A stretch of 64,000 bases of DNA from Heptranchias perlo (lineage: Eukaryota), in the NCBI RefSeq assembly GCF_035084215.1, contig NC_090330.1, forward strand, positions 16,616,001 to 16,680,000, written 5' to 3'. Under the pieces are notes generated by a model. That model saw only the letters and a list, made by a program, of their open reading frames with translations, was not told where the DNA came from and made no database searches. The stretch's first letter is position 1; every line of letters starts with the position of its first letter. Of the stretch, positions 39,313 through 52,267 are shown piece after piece. The position numbers and the translations under genes were made by a program.

Positions 39313-40804
39313 AGGAGCAGAATTATAAGCAGTTTGCACCTACTAAGAACTGGATTGCACGTGTCCCCAAACTCATGTTAGTTAGGTTCCTTATGGTTGG
39401 CAGAATAATACTTTCATCCCATCAGTCTAACCTGTATTTGAACCCAGGGCCTAGAGGTGAAAGAACTGTATCTTATTGTTTTGCCCACCTGGTCCCCCTT
39501 ATCTTTGCCATTAACAAATGCTGTGTAGAGAAATGATTTACCTTAAAATGTCCAACTAAAGCAACCATAAGAAGAGTAGTTAATGCATCTAAGAAATGTT
39601 AATTAATGGACTCATGCTATCAACAGAAACACTAATGGCACAGAGGTCCTACCTGCTGCACCTCACACCTACACCTCATTTAGATAAAACATTTCAATAT
39701 CTGAATTTATTGGTACAAACTATAGAATATTCTTGGTTTACTTTCTGGCAAAATGTACTTCCTGAATATTGAAGGAGGAAGTCAGGAAAGGTTGAACTTG
39801 ATTTGGAATAAAAATATATTAGCTCCCACACAAAACAAGGTGTAGTATAGAAATGAGTCACAGCAGATTTTGTGAAATTCTCCCTTGATGTAAAATGTAT
39901 TCTGAAAAATTTTCATTTACCATTTTTTTCAGGAACTGAAATTTCTAATGTCCAAAATTGAGGGATTAAGCAAAATAAAGAATTCATAAAATTACATACA
40001 ATCTCAATAATATGATTAAATGTATCCATTGAATTGTCTTTTGAGTCTGTTAGTTCCTTCATTAAAGTTTTTACTCACCCAAGAGCTTTTGCTTGGAGCT
40101 GATATCTTTGCCCAGAGCTGTGACACTGTTAGCTGAATTTTGGTTGTGCCATCTGAACATATATGGTGTACCTAATTTTCTAGGATGTCTCAATACTGTT
40201 CAGTCAGCTTTACTGATGGAATATATTTCTTTAGAATCTAGCAGTTTCTACTTAGTTGTTCTCAAAATAATTTGAAGCAAAGCTAGAGGGCAAAATTTTA
40301 AAAACTTTTTCAGGTAAGGATTATATTTTTTAAGCAGATAGATGAATGCATGCATGGTGTGGGAAAAATTATAGCATACTAATTGAACACCCATTGTAGC
40401 TTTTGATTTGCATTCTATAAACTTCAGAAAGCATTGTAATCTGAGAGATAGTAAAAGAGTGTATCTTTTCTGATGCTGATACCCGTTCAATTTTCAAAAA
40501 TAGATACATTTTGCATCCTTTATGACCTCAGGACATCCCAAATTGATTTTCAGCCAATGAAGTACTTATGAAGTGTGGTCACTGTTGTAATATAGGAAAG
40601 AAAGTTTGTGCAATTCTATCATTTTTGATGTTATGGGAGCAATCAAGATGAGATTAAATTTCACTGAGAACTATATTTATGTTTGTTCATGTGTTGTATT
40701 AAAATTAAACCAGTCTCTTGGTTCACAATTGGTCTTGTCTCCCTAGATTGCTTATTAATCAGTCTTCCGAAACATAGGAGAAATGCAAGTGGGGGCATTT
40801 GCAA

Positions 40805-41050
40805 GAGGGAGCAAGGGAGGGGGGAGAAGGAGAGAGGGAGCAGGGGGAGGAGTTAGAGAGGGGGGGTGAGGGAGGGGGAGAAGGAGAGAGGGAGCAGGGG
40901 GAGAAGGAGTTAGAGAGAAGGAGAGAGGGAGGGGGAGAAGGAGAGAGGGAGCAGGGGGAGAAGGAGTTAGAGAGGGGGGGTGAGGGAGGGGGAGAAGGAG
41001 AGAGGGAGCGGGGGGAGAAGGAGTTAGGGAGGGGGAGAAGGAGAGAGGGA
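40805..41050. repeat. Polypurine minisatellite (about 57-60 bp unit, about 4 copies)
   Basis: Repeats of GAGGGAGGGGGAGAAGGAGAGAGGGAGCAGGGGGAGAAGGAGTTAGAGAG... Confidence 0.9.
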
Positions 41051-41827
41051 GCCCCCAAGTCATGCTATCATAGATATTGGGCAACAGAAACTCCTCATCA
41101 TAGGGAATGCGTGGTCCAGTTACATGAGAGACCGTTGATGCTGAACTCGAGAGAATATCTAGTGCAGACACAAAAAACTTGTAATAAAATCTTGGGCACC
41201 AATCATCATAAGTCCATCCTTATGCTGGGAAATTATTTGAATAGGACCTTGATGCAGAGTTTCCGTGACCTCACAGCAGCCGATGGCTGAACGTGCTGAG
41301 GCTGCACCTAGCAACAGGGTCGTAGTAGAAGGAGCAGAGATGAAAGAGTTGTTGCTCAGGATGACTCATCATCCTTGCCACCCAGCTGGCCCACTCAAAT
41401 GAGACTTTCTGTGCTGGAAGGCAAACAGGTCCAGGCAGCCACAGCAGCAGCACAAGTGATGCTTGCAATTGCAGAAAACCCTCAGATATCCTTGAGCCAG
41501 GCACATCATTTTGTCATCCCATCAGAGTAGCACTTTGAAGGAACATTAGATTAGCTAGCAGGACACACCCAGAATTAAACATTACCAAGGGTAAACACCA
41601 GAAAAAGTAGTACCCACCACACCATAAAACACAAGACACAGAATCACAATACAGTGGAAATGATTGCAACGATTTCTTAGAGGTTCACTATCCTTTATGT
41701 TGCAGCATATGCCTGGCTGTGCAGTGAAGGTGGCTAAAGGATAATGGGGGGGTTCACCATAAATTCTGTTGGTGTGTTGGGGGGGAAAGTGGCCTTTTAA
41801 GTAATGTGAGCAATGACATTCTAGGTA

Positions 41828-42648
41828 GAGTCATAGTCATAGAGTTATACGGCACGAATAGAGGCCCTTCGGCCCATCGTGTCCGCGCCGGCCATCAAGC
41901 CCTGTCTACTCTAATCCCATATTCCAGCATTTGGTCCGTAGCCTTGTATGCTATGGCATTTCAAGTGCTCATCCAAATGCTTCTTGAATGTTGTGAGGGT
42001 TCCTGCCTCCACAACCCTTTCAGGCAGTGAGTTCCAGACTCCAACCACCCTCTGGGTGAAAAAGTTCTTTCTCAAATCCCCTCTAAACCTCCCGCCTTTT
42101 ACCTTGAATCTATGTCCCCTTGTTATAGAACCCTCAACGAAGGGAAAAAGCTCCTTAGTATCCATCCTATCTGTGCCCCTCATAATTTTGTACACCTCAA
42201 TCATGTCCCCCCTCAGCCTCCTCTGCTCCAAGGAAAACAAACCCAATCTTCCCAGTCTCTCTTCATAGCTGAAGCGCTCCAGCCCTGGTAACATCCTGGT
42301 GAATCTCCTCTGCACCCTCTCCAAAGCGATCACATCCTTCCTGTAGTGTGGCGACCAGAACTGCACACAGTACTCCAGCTGTGGCCTAACCAGTGTTTTA
42401 TACAGCTCCATCATAACCTCCTTGCTCTTATATTCTATGCCTCGGCTAATAAAGGCAAGTATCCCATATGCCTTCTTTACCACCTTATCTACCTGTTCCG
42501 CCGCCTTCAGGGATCTGTGAACTTGCACACCAAGATCCCTCTGACCCTCTGTCTTGCCTAGGGTCCTCCCATTCATTGTGTATTCCCTTGCCTTGTTAGT
42601 CCCTCCAAAGTGCATCACCTCGCACTTTTCCGGGTTAAATTCCATTTG
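41828..42648 (-). mobile_element. Young 5'-truncated CR1 copy
   Basis: Uninterrupted 244-codon ORF2 C-terminus (41911-42645) plus a CTCTATGACTATGACTCT tail. Confidence 0.95.
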
Positions 42649-43084
42649 GGTTTGGATTAATAGCTATGTCAAGTTACGAGTATGTTGCTGCTAAGAATGT
42701 GGTGGCAAATCGTCTTTCTGTATTGCCCTGTTCTGGCTGATTTGCAGATACCTGTGCATTGGATGTCCAGATATCTGGCATACTTTGATGACCGTGATCA
42801 CAAAAAAGCTGTACATTTACTGAGTGGAACCCATTCCTCCTCATGAATGCCACTGGATTAATAGAAGATGCCCATATAGCCAGATGAGTCGCACCAACTA
42901 GGGCTTAAACCTGGGGATCCTTGCAACCTGTATAAGTACTGGACACTCTCCTTTTGCTTCTGTTCTTCCTTGGAGCAGGTGATAAAGTTATTTGGCCTAT
43001 TAAATATGGTATCAGTGACCTGATGGATTCAGTGGTACATTGCATTGATACTGGCTTATCTGGCAGATATTTTTTGTGGCACAT

Positions 43085-43210
43085 TTTTCATTCTCGGGAT
43101 GTGGGCATGGCTGGCAAGGACTGCATTTATTGCCCATCCCTAGTTTCCCTTGAGAAGGGATGGAAGGCTGCCTTCTTGAACCCCTTCAGTCCGTGTGGTG
43201 AAGGTATTCC
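43085..43210 (-). mobile_element. LINE/SINE 3' tail fragment (family of the 17540 element)
   Basis: GGGATGTGGGC...GCATTTATTGCCCATCCCTAG, similar to 17560-17670. Confidence 0.65.
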
Positions 43211-46200
43211 CACCCAAAACCTAGCACCACCATAGGGTGTTGACCTGCAGGGTTATCAGAAGCTATGTGCAATGAACCCCAACCCGCTCCAGACCCATTA
43301 ATGAGCCAAGTTGGTTTGCCAATTATCAACTGTGCTCTAGAATACTGAATACCTGTCCAGCTCAAGAATCAGATTACTGATTCTGTTATAGAGGATTGAC
43401 ATGGTTCCAATCTCTAATTGCAAGACTATCATAACTATTTGGTGAAGGTTAGCACAGATCCAGCTGAGAGTAACAAGATAAACACATCCATATCTAAAAA
43501 ATTGCAAGTTTACGTGAAATTACAAATTAATTGCTTTTATTCTCCTAAAGAAAAATGGTTTTCAAAATAATCTATTGTGTTAGAGGATCCTTTTCAATTC
43601 AGCTTATTAGCATTTGTGGAGACTGATTCTCAAAGTGTTATTAGCATATACATCTATTGTTGCCAAATTTCTGATACTGCACTTGAAACTTCAATGCATA
43701 ATAGTTGCTGAGCAACATTAATTAGCTTCAACAGAGAATGTAAGGGAAAATGCTATACAGGCTGACGGTAGGGAGAGGGATTAATCAACTGATGTATTAT
43801 ATTTGTAACCATTATTAATAGGGTTTTAAAGTAAACAGTAGAGGGGGAAGTAGCATTAATACTCCCAAAATACTCTGTAATAAAAACACAATTTTGATTA
43901 TTCAATCATCACAAATCAGTGGTCCCGATAATATATTGTTGACGACATGAGATTAAACAACGTTCCCTCCAACTCATCAGAAGATGCTCTAGTATTTGTA
44001 AAAAAACCCTTCAAAAATATATGGTAAGCGGAAACACAAAACAGATGCCAAATATTTTTTTGAATAAAACATGGGACAGTAAAGGGCTTGTTCTGCAATC
44101 CAGTGCTTCCAGTGGGAGCTGCACTCACAGGGAGCACGGATCAGAGAATTGGGCCTACAATTTTATACCCTATCTCCGGTTCATACCACTTTTCAGAAAG
44201 ACAACCCCGCTGGGAGTGAGAGATCATGGAATTAGACTGTAAATTTTAATTATTTATAAGCATTTATATATGTTAATTGTAGATGTAATATATTTAATAG
44301 TCAGATACAGCAGAGATTAAAGAATTTGTGAACTGATACTGTTTCACTGTGCCAAATTAGTTAATGTTGTTACTGTGGAAAGCAATAGTTAAGAGGGTAT
44401 CATGTGATTAGAAAGAAACAAAGTCATAATGAGTAGTTAAAGAAAAGAAGAACTTGCATTTATATAGCTCCTTTCATGACCTCAGGGCATCCCAAAGTAC
44501 TTTAAAGCCAATGAAGTACTTTTTGAAGTGTGGTCATTTGTACACAGTTTGCCACTCCCATCACTAGTATGGAACCTACCCCTACCTAGGGCCGAACCTG
44601 GGTCTGTGAATAATTATACAAGTGTGTTGACCCAGAAAATTTGAATGCCATTAGCACTTTACCGTTCAGATAGGATTATCATCAGTTCTTAACCTTTCAG
44701 ACAAAACACATCAGTAGATGGATATTGGCCCCAATGAGTGCTCAGTAAAATTTGCAAAAGCAAAAACAAAACTTGTTACAAATGGAAACATGACATCATT
44801 AATATGACTTCTTAAATGATGTCCCTTCTTCCTTTTCTTCATCAAAGTGCTTCCTTTTCCTACCACATTCAATGATGCTCTTTCAACTTCAAAGCAGGTT
44901 TTTGGTCTAAAGTTTCTAGATGTTTAGGATGCTTTGTAGAGTACTCAATAAGTGGTCTGCCATTCAAATGGGTGGGAGGATACAACAAGTCAGAAGGGTC
45001 AAGATGGAGACTTGCAGGTCACAGTCGGAGAAGCACCGCACCCAACAGAGCTTAATCACTTTTAATGGTATACTGCACTTTTCCCCGCACCTTTTGTAAA
45101 CATTAATATTTGTGAGATCCTATCACTGTTGTGATTGATATGGCTATTGTCCATTCCTAGCAGAGGGAGGTGCTATTACCAGAACCTCACTTTGTTCTTG
45201 CCCAATTGAATGGAGAGGTAGGTGGAGAATCACAGCCAGGTGCAGCAGGTATGTGCTTTACAATTTGGCTTTAATAAGGAAAACAGGATCCAGCTTATCC
45301 TGGGAGCCTAGGCCAAAGTCTGGAGCTGTATTTTCTTTGGGCTCCCCTTGCTGCAGTATCTTAGGCATATGTGCGACTAGGTCGCCTATGCCTTAATCTG
45401 GCCCTGTTTGTTTACTACTTGTTTGTCTCAAAGTGTACGTTCACCTTTGATTAACTAGGTTTACACACCAATCTCAGCATCGCTGTGTAACAAAGTTGGT
45501 GTGCAAATAGAGACTGACACCAGCAATCTCAGAGTGGATCACACTACTGGTGCTGAAGTGAGTCAGACCCCCAGGACTGGAGATTTCACACCCAAACTGC
45601 AGATCTTAGAGAGCATGGTTTTCTGTCATTTGGGTTCAAAAGTCCCCAATAAAGTGAGGGTATTGATGAAACTTTGTCAAAATTGGAAATTTAATTGAAA
45701 ATCTTGAAATAATTGAATGTCCCTCCTAAGTATCATGAATTAAATATTTTTCATTGCTGCTAAATGTTGCAAATTGTTGTGTGTGTGCGCGCCCTGAGCA
45801 TTGTGACATTATCACGCATGTGTAAAAACAGAATAATGACAACAAGCTTCAGAGCAATTTGCAAACCAGGAAGAAGAGCTTTTGGTAGAACCAGCTTTCC
45901 CAACCAGAAGTGAATTCAGGAATGATTTGCTCTCTGTTTACTTGGTGCAGTATAAATGTACCTTAACTTTTACAAATAAAAACACAACTGTTCATTTTTT
46001 TTGAGAAAATGAGAGTCATGGTGGTTGCTAACATCAATCGCAACAGCTGTGTGTGTGTGTGGGGGGGGGGGGGGGGAGGAAAGAGTCAAAATCTACCAAA
46101 ATGGAATAAAACAGCTCCACTGATGTCACAGTGTAAAATAATGGATACCCTAAAACGATTTTGAAGCTTTAATCTTATTTTGGATTCAAGCATTGCTATT

Positions 46201-46779
46201 GCAGTTTGTGGTATCATGTGGACCCTTTAATCAGATTACCAATATGTTAATACTCACTAAACGAAAAAAAATGAAATACAAGCTAGAAAGATACTAACTT
46301 GCTGCATTTGTATATATTGAAGTAAAAAAATATATTATCTTTCTGATTAGCACTATCAGATCTATATTCATACATGATCCGAGAACTGTTGGGAATGACT
46401 TTCACCATATTCAAGAACGACACAGATCGAAAACCTATTTAAATATATGGAGCTCTGTTAGCTTTTCAAGAGTAAGTTATATCAGAATAGCAGAGTTGGA
46501 CAAATACTCTAGATGTGAGATTTTCGGCTGAAGCCGTAAACGGGAGGCTTAAACTTATGCCTTAAACATAAGTATGATTAAAGGCGACATGCTGCATCCG
46601 TCTCATGGCTACAGTAAAAAAAAAAGGAACTGGAATTTATATAGCGCCTTTCACGTCCCAAAGCGCTTTAACGGCCAGTGAAGTACTTTTGAAGTGTTGT
46701 AATGTAGGAATTACAACAGTATCATAAATATCTCTCGTCTTCTTTAACCCGTCTTTTTCCCCTCCCCCACCCCGCCTCT

Positions 46780-47720
46780 TCAAAGCTCACCAGGCTATAG
46801 GATTTGCCCATGTTCCTCTTCCAGCCATGGAGGTGGCACCGTCCCAGAATGCACATGGGCGGTGAAAAGCGTCTATTAAACCGACGGGCGCTTTGTCGGA
46901 CGGCACTCCGGTGTGTAGATGGCGCTATGAGAGGGAGAGAGGGGGGGAATGTCCATCAGCTCCTCTCTCCACCGCACTGACACACGGTGGAGAGGAGGCT
47001 TTGGGCCGAAGCCGGCCTTTCGCTCAATTACAGACGCAGTTTGAAAAAAGGATCGGGGTGAGTGAACGTGTCTTCACATGCGGTTTGCGAGGGCGGCTGT
47101 TCCCTCTCATAAACAGTACAATTGTGTGGGGGGTGGGGGTTTTTAAAAAAAAACTGTTAAATTTGTAATTTTTTTTTTCTCGCAGCGACCTGATGATGCT
47201 CTTACTGAATGGTCGACTCCGGGCGGTGTGGCGAGCGCTCTCCCCCGCTCGCCTCACCACTCCGGCCGCTTTCGACGACCTCCAGGGTGGCGCCCTTCTC
47301 CTGCAGTCCGCGTCCACCGATGTTTACGAGAACCTGGCGGCGGAGGACTGGCTGCACCAGCACCTGCAGTGCCGGGACCGAGAGGTGCTCCTGCTGTGGA
47401 GGAACCGCCCAGCCGTGGTCATCGGCCGCCACCAGAACCCCTGGCAGGAATGCAACCTGAAACTCATGAGGGACAAAGGCGTCAAGCTCAGCCGGAGGAG
47501 GAGCGGGGGAGGCACCGTGTACCACGACCTCGGCAACATCAACGTGACCTTCTTCACCTCCAAGAAAGGGTACAACAGGCGCCGGAACTTGGAGCTGGTC
47601 ATCTCTGCCCTGAAGAGGATCCGGCCTCACCTGGACATCTTGGCCACAGACAGGTACGACCTGCTGCTCAACGGTGCCTTTAAGATCTCCGGCACTGCCT
47701 CCAAGATTGGAAGGACCTCT
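46780..47720. promoter_or_regulatory. CpG-island promoter of LIPT1 with ZNF143-like (TCCCAGAATGCAC 46842-46854) and YY1-like (AGATGGCG about 46917-46924) motifs; non-coding exon 1 ends at 47057, intron 47058-47185
   Basis: High CpG density; donor GGG|GTGAGT at 47057/47058; acceptor poly-T-CTCGCAG| at 47185, 7 nt before the ATG. Confidence 0.7.
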
Positions 47721-48323
47721 GCTTACCACCATTTCACCTTGCTTTGTAACTCAGACAAGTCTTTACTGTCCTCTGTGCTGCGCACTCCTCACCAAGGTAT
47801 AAAAAGCAACGCTACCCCTAGTATACCTGCCACTGTGAAAAACCTCTGGGAAGAGGATCCCACTCTCACTTGCGATGTCTTGATGGATGCCATTGCAGAA
47901 GAGTATGCAAGGCACCACAACCTCCAAAACCAAATCATGCTCATTGACCCCAAAGACAATTTGGTGCTACCAGAAGTTAACAAATTTACCCAGGAGCTTA
48001 AGAGCTGGGACTGGATCTATGGAAGAACACCCAAGTTCAGTGTCAGTCACACTTTCTCTGTGGACCATAATTTATCCGGGGCAGAAGTTAAATTGAACAT
48101 GAGCATCGATCGTGGCAGAATTGAAAGCTGTAATATTGAAGTGTTGTCTGATTGGCTGCCAGCGGCAATGTGTGACCAGCTAGCTTCAGACCTCATTGGC
48201 AGCAAGTTTTGCCCCACTGAAACACTGGTTTTGGCAAGTGCGCATTTAAGGTTTTGTCCTCAGGACAATGAGCTACATAACAAATGGAATGTACTTTGTG
48301 AAAAAGTTATGGCAATTATGTAG
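47193..48323 (+). CDS. LIPT1: Lipoyltransferase 1, mitochondrial (376 aa, single coding exon)
   Basis: ENLAAEDWLH, LLWRNRPAVVIGRHQNPWQEC, RRRSGGGTVYHDLGN, KISGTASKIGR, WDWIYGRTPKF; Arg/Leu-rich N-terminus typical of a mitochondrial targeting peptide. Confidence 0.97.
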   Translation: MMLLLNGRLRAVWRALSPARLTTPAAFDDLQGGALLLQSASTDVYENLAAEDWLHQHLQCRDREVLLLWRNRPAVVIGRHQNPWQECNLKLMRDKGVKLSRRRSGGGTVYHDLGNINVTFFTSKKGYNRRRNLELVISALKRIRPHLDILATDRYDLLLNGAFKISGTASKIGRTSAYHHFTLLCNSDKSLLSSVLRTPHQGIKSNATPSIPATVKNLWEEDPTLTCDVLMDAIAEEYARHHNLQNQIMLIDPKDNLVLPEVNKFTQELKSWDWIYGRTPKFSVSHTFSVDHNLSGAEVKLNMSIDRGRIESCNIEVLSDWLPAAMCDQLASDLIGSKFCPTETLVLASAHLRFCPQDNELHNKWNVLCEKVMAIM

Positions 48324-49549
48324 TTTTTAGTCCTGAGCGATTTTAATGTCAACTCTCTACATACACCCTGGCAAACTTGAATTTAACACTGTTGAACCTA
48401 CCAACTGATATCTTGAATCAAGATAAAATGCATCTAGTTTTGTTTTGTGCAACTTTTATTCAAAGATGAGTTTTACAGAAATGTTTTTTTTAAAATCCAC
48501 ATTGCCAAGTTAGTAAAAACTGTAAAAAGGTTCCAGGCGGTATGAAGTAGTTATTTTCTTTAGGGAATAGAGAAGCAAAAGGGGTCTGTATCGGTGATGG
48601 GCTTGAATCTAAATAATGTGATTAGTGTCTATTAGGAATATTTGAATTAACAGACAATATATATATACGCACACAAATATTTATATGTGTAAATGTCACT
48701 TATTTTTGTTGTGGTTGAAATCTATATATCTGGAATGTTAGGTGGGGTCAGTGTGTATTGTATCTGTATAAGGGCAAGTGCTGGAGGAAGAGTTTAATGT
48801 ACATCTGATATGGGGAATAATATCAGTGCGGGGATTTTGGTTTGTAGGAAAGTACATATCAAATTCATTTAATGTAGTATTCGTATCTAGGTGCCCCACA
48901 GTTTACTTTGCTTCATTACTGCTCGCTCTGAGTCGTCTAATTTTTTGAATAATATGCACCCAACACCAAATGTATTTTGTACTGAGGCCTTTGATGCCCT
49001 TCTCATGGACTTTCTGACAAAATGACAGTACGTCTTTATTTGTTTAGTACCTTCGAGGTAGCAAAAACCTCTAAAACAGCAAAGTCAAAATGAACTTGCT
49101 TCTCCCTGCATGGGCCCAGAGAGCAGGCGAATAATCCACTCTGTAGGTTTGTACCATTCTGTACTCTATTCCCTCGCAGCCCCAGGGGGAAGGGGGGGTT
49201 TTTGCATGTTTATTTTTTTAAACAAAAAACTGCAGATGAGTTAAGGTTTCAAGTTTGAACTAATCTTTTGTCAACAGAGTGCACTGATATACTGTTTAAT
49301 GTGGATTATGTAAGAGTTAAATCTTCCTATAAACTACCTCAATCCACATTTTAAAATTAAACAGAAAATGTTGGAAGTACACTTGCTATGTATTTCCAGC
49401 ATTGTCTGTTCCACAAAAGATTTCCACCATCTGCGATTTTTTTTTTTTTTAAATTACTTTTTTAATATTGGCTTTGGATTGTTTTTGTGCCAAGGTAATG
49501 AGCAAATACTGAGAAATTAGTTCTGAAAGCAGCTGCACTATTACAACAA

Positions 49550-49750
49550 CTTAAATTTCTACCATGTACAGAAAGGAGTATTTTACAGGAGAGAGGAAAG
49601 ACGGTGGGTGCTGAGCAGGAGGCTGGAAAGGGAAAACGGGGTAGCCAAGGGAGGCGAAGCATTGTATAAAAAGCAGGGTTTTGAGGAGGCCTTTCAAAGC
49701 AGGGAGGAAGATGGCAAGGTGGAGGGATTTAAGGAGGAAGTTCTGGAGCA
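49550..49750 (-). mobile_element. L2-clade LINE 3' fragment
   Basis: LLKSLHLAIFLPALKGLLKTLLF resembles the L2 ORF2 C-terminus. Confidence 0.55.
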
Positions 49751-50319
49751 TGAGAATGTTTCATACTAGAGAATGCCACTACCTATTGATTTCAAAATTT
49801 AAATCTGCATGTTTTTAAAAAATGTTGTGTACCTATTAATTTCATTTTTGTTTGCAGTAAAAAAAAATCTGCTACATACCTGTTTTCTTGTTCACACTGT
49901 AGTCACAGTTGTACTTTACAATACACTATTCTAGGACCCTGCTGTCAATTTGAAACTGAACTACTGTCCTCAGTTTTTTTTTGTATATGACTAAATTTGT
50001 ATCTTAATGACAAAAAAAATTGCATTTATATAGCACCTTAGCATGTCTCTCAAATGTACTAAAGTGACTCATAGACAATGAATTAATTTGAAATTCAGTT
50101 ATTGTTATGTAGACAAATGTAGCAGCCATTTTGCACACAAGATCCAACAAACAGTAATTAGATCAATGATCAATTAATCTTTTTTGTGTTGGTTGAGGGA
50201 GGAATGTTGGCCAGGATACCAGAATTTTCTGTTTTTGTTCAAATAATGCTATAGAATCTTTAATGTGCACTAGAACAGGTAAATGCAGGCATGGTTTTAT
50301 GGTCCCATCCAAAGGGCAG

Positions 50320-52080
50320 ATTGGTGCTAGGTCCCTTGTTTTTCTAATCTACATAAACAACTTGGATTCAGAAATGTGTTGCAATTTGGTCAAATTTCTC
50401 TGATGCTAAACTGGGGCAGTGAAATTTGATGCGGTTAAGTCCAAGGTGTTACACATTGGAAGAAAGAATGGGGAGACACACTTACAAGATGACTGATGTT
50501 GAACTAGCTAGGGGAGAGGCAAAAGCGGTAAGGGAGGATAGTAGATTTACATTCAGTATATCCAGTGATTGTAGAACAAAAAACAACGAATGAAATAGAA
50601 CGCTGAGCTAAATTACCAAATCAGTAGAGTTCAAGTATGAGGTTGTAATGATGAAACTGCTTAGTTCTCTGATCAGGCTTCCCCTTTAGTGCTATGCTCA
50701 GTTCTGCTCAGTGAGACATGAGAGAAATTTCCAAGACCTGGAAACAGTGCAGAGAGGAGCTACGTGGCTGATTCCTAGGACATGATTTTTATATGGAGAG
50801 GGGGGGTGGGGGGGGGGGGGGAGAGGAGGAAGATAATCGGACACGAAACCTGGAAGTAAAGTTGGCAGGTTGCAACTTTAATGAGGGCAATAAATTTTAC
50901 TTCCAAGTGTCACACCCAGCAGCCAATCTGATTGACTGGCTGTCGGGTGGGAATCGGAGAGGAGGGAGCGATCAAGGGCCGTGGAGGACATGGGGAGGGG
51001 GGGAGGATGCGTGGAGGACATTGCGGACCGAGAGGTGATCAGGTCGGAGGAAGATTGGAGGACGTCGATCGGAGGTCAGGAGGAGTCGGAGGTACGGAGG
51101 GGTCTCGGCCATCGGGGGGTCGGCTGATCGCGGGGGTCCGATAGCGCCAGGTGAAGTTGTTGGGCCCGGATGATGCACTCCTGCTCCTCCTGGCCCACAA
51201 GTAGTTCAATAAAGGCACTCACCTCATAGATCTGACCCTTCTCATCTGCTTTCACCTGACATGAATCAGAAGCGATGGGAAACCCAAACAGGTAAGGTGA
51301 AACTTGTTTTTCATTTCTAATACATAAAAAAAAAGTACCTCAACTATCGCAATGAGGTACATTGCCCCTTTAAGTGTCGGCCCAACAGCTTTTTGTAAAG
51401 GGAATTAGGGGTTACGGGGAGCGGGCAGGAAATTGGACATGAATTTAGATTTGAGGTTAGGATCAGATCAGCCATGATCTTATTGAATGGCGGAGCAGGC
51501 TCAAAGGGCCGATTGGCCTACTCCTGCTCCTATTTCTTATGTTCTTATGTTAAGTGGGGATGGGACTTCCGGGTCTCCGCTGCGCACGCACTTGGGTTAA
51601 AAGTGGGCGCGTTGGAGCCGGGATGTGGTCCCGAATTTAACTATTTTTACTACCCACTGGCCACCAGCTCACCCGTTCTTGGGGTTTAAAATTACCACCC
51701 CTAGTGTTAGGGAACTGAGTTATGAGAAAAGACTAGGAAAACTCAACCCCTTCAGCTTTCAAAGGAGGCAAATGAAAAGGAACATCATAAAGGTATATAG
51801 GTTATTAAGTGGAATAGAAAAGGTTAATCTGGAGCACTATTTTAAGTTAAGCCACAACGGTAAGCCATGGGGTTACAGGTATACATTGGTAAAGATCTTG
51901 TTCAGGGCTAATTCAGGAAGCACTTTTTCATGCAAACAGTGCATGCAAAGAATAGCCTTCCATCTAGGGTAGTAGAGGCAGAAAGTTGTGGAATCATTCA
52001 AGATGCAATTGGAATACATTGAGGACTGTAAGCTCCTCTGGAAGGTTGGGCTGAATAGTATCATTCATCTGTACTTATAT
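50320..52080 (+). mobile_element. Old CR1 3' half split by a nested insertion
   Basis: CR1-like sequence 50320-50777 (KSKVLHIGRKN ... ETVQRGATWLIP) resumes at 51701 (PSVRELSYEKRLGKLNPFSFQRRQMK). Confidence 0.7.
50778..51700 (-). mobile_element. Non-autonomous element (family of 23325-23880) carrying a CR1 3' fragment at about 51393-51549
   Basis: CCTAG on both flanks; similarity to 23325-23880; internal GATCAGCCATGATCTTATTGAATGGCGGAGCAGG...TTCTTATGTTCTTATG. Confidence 0.7.
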
Positions 52081-52267
52081 TTGTGATGAGGATATTTTTT
52101 CTCTACACAGGATTTTGCATGTGAATACAGCCAAGTCACAACAACTACCACTCTAATCATGTGGCCACCACTACGAAATATTTGAAGTGCATGTATGAAA
52201 GATTGGTTGGTGTTCCATGTATTATTTTCCTTCAGGAAAACTTAATTTTGTGATTTGGAGTATAAAC

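Noticed and set aside
40755-41290. 163-, 138- and 99-aa low-complexity ORFs
   Set aside because: Translations of the purine minisatellite.
44780-45060. Coding-looking minus-strand stretch (LHLDPSDLLYPPTHLNGRPLIEYS...)
   Set aside because: Stops in all frames, no clear splice sites, no recognised homology.
45284-45407. Possible small hAT-like MITE with internal hairpin
   Set aside because: TIR match is weak and no TSD is discernible.
47024-47732. Several long overlapping or antisense ORFs over LIPT1
   Set aside because: By-product of the GC-rich CpG-island half of the LIPT1 CDS; no recognisable motifs.
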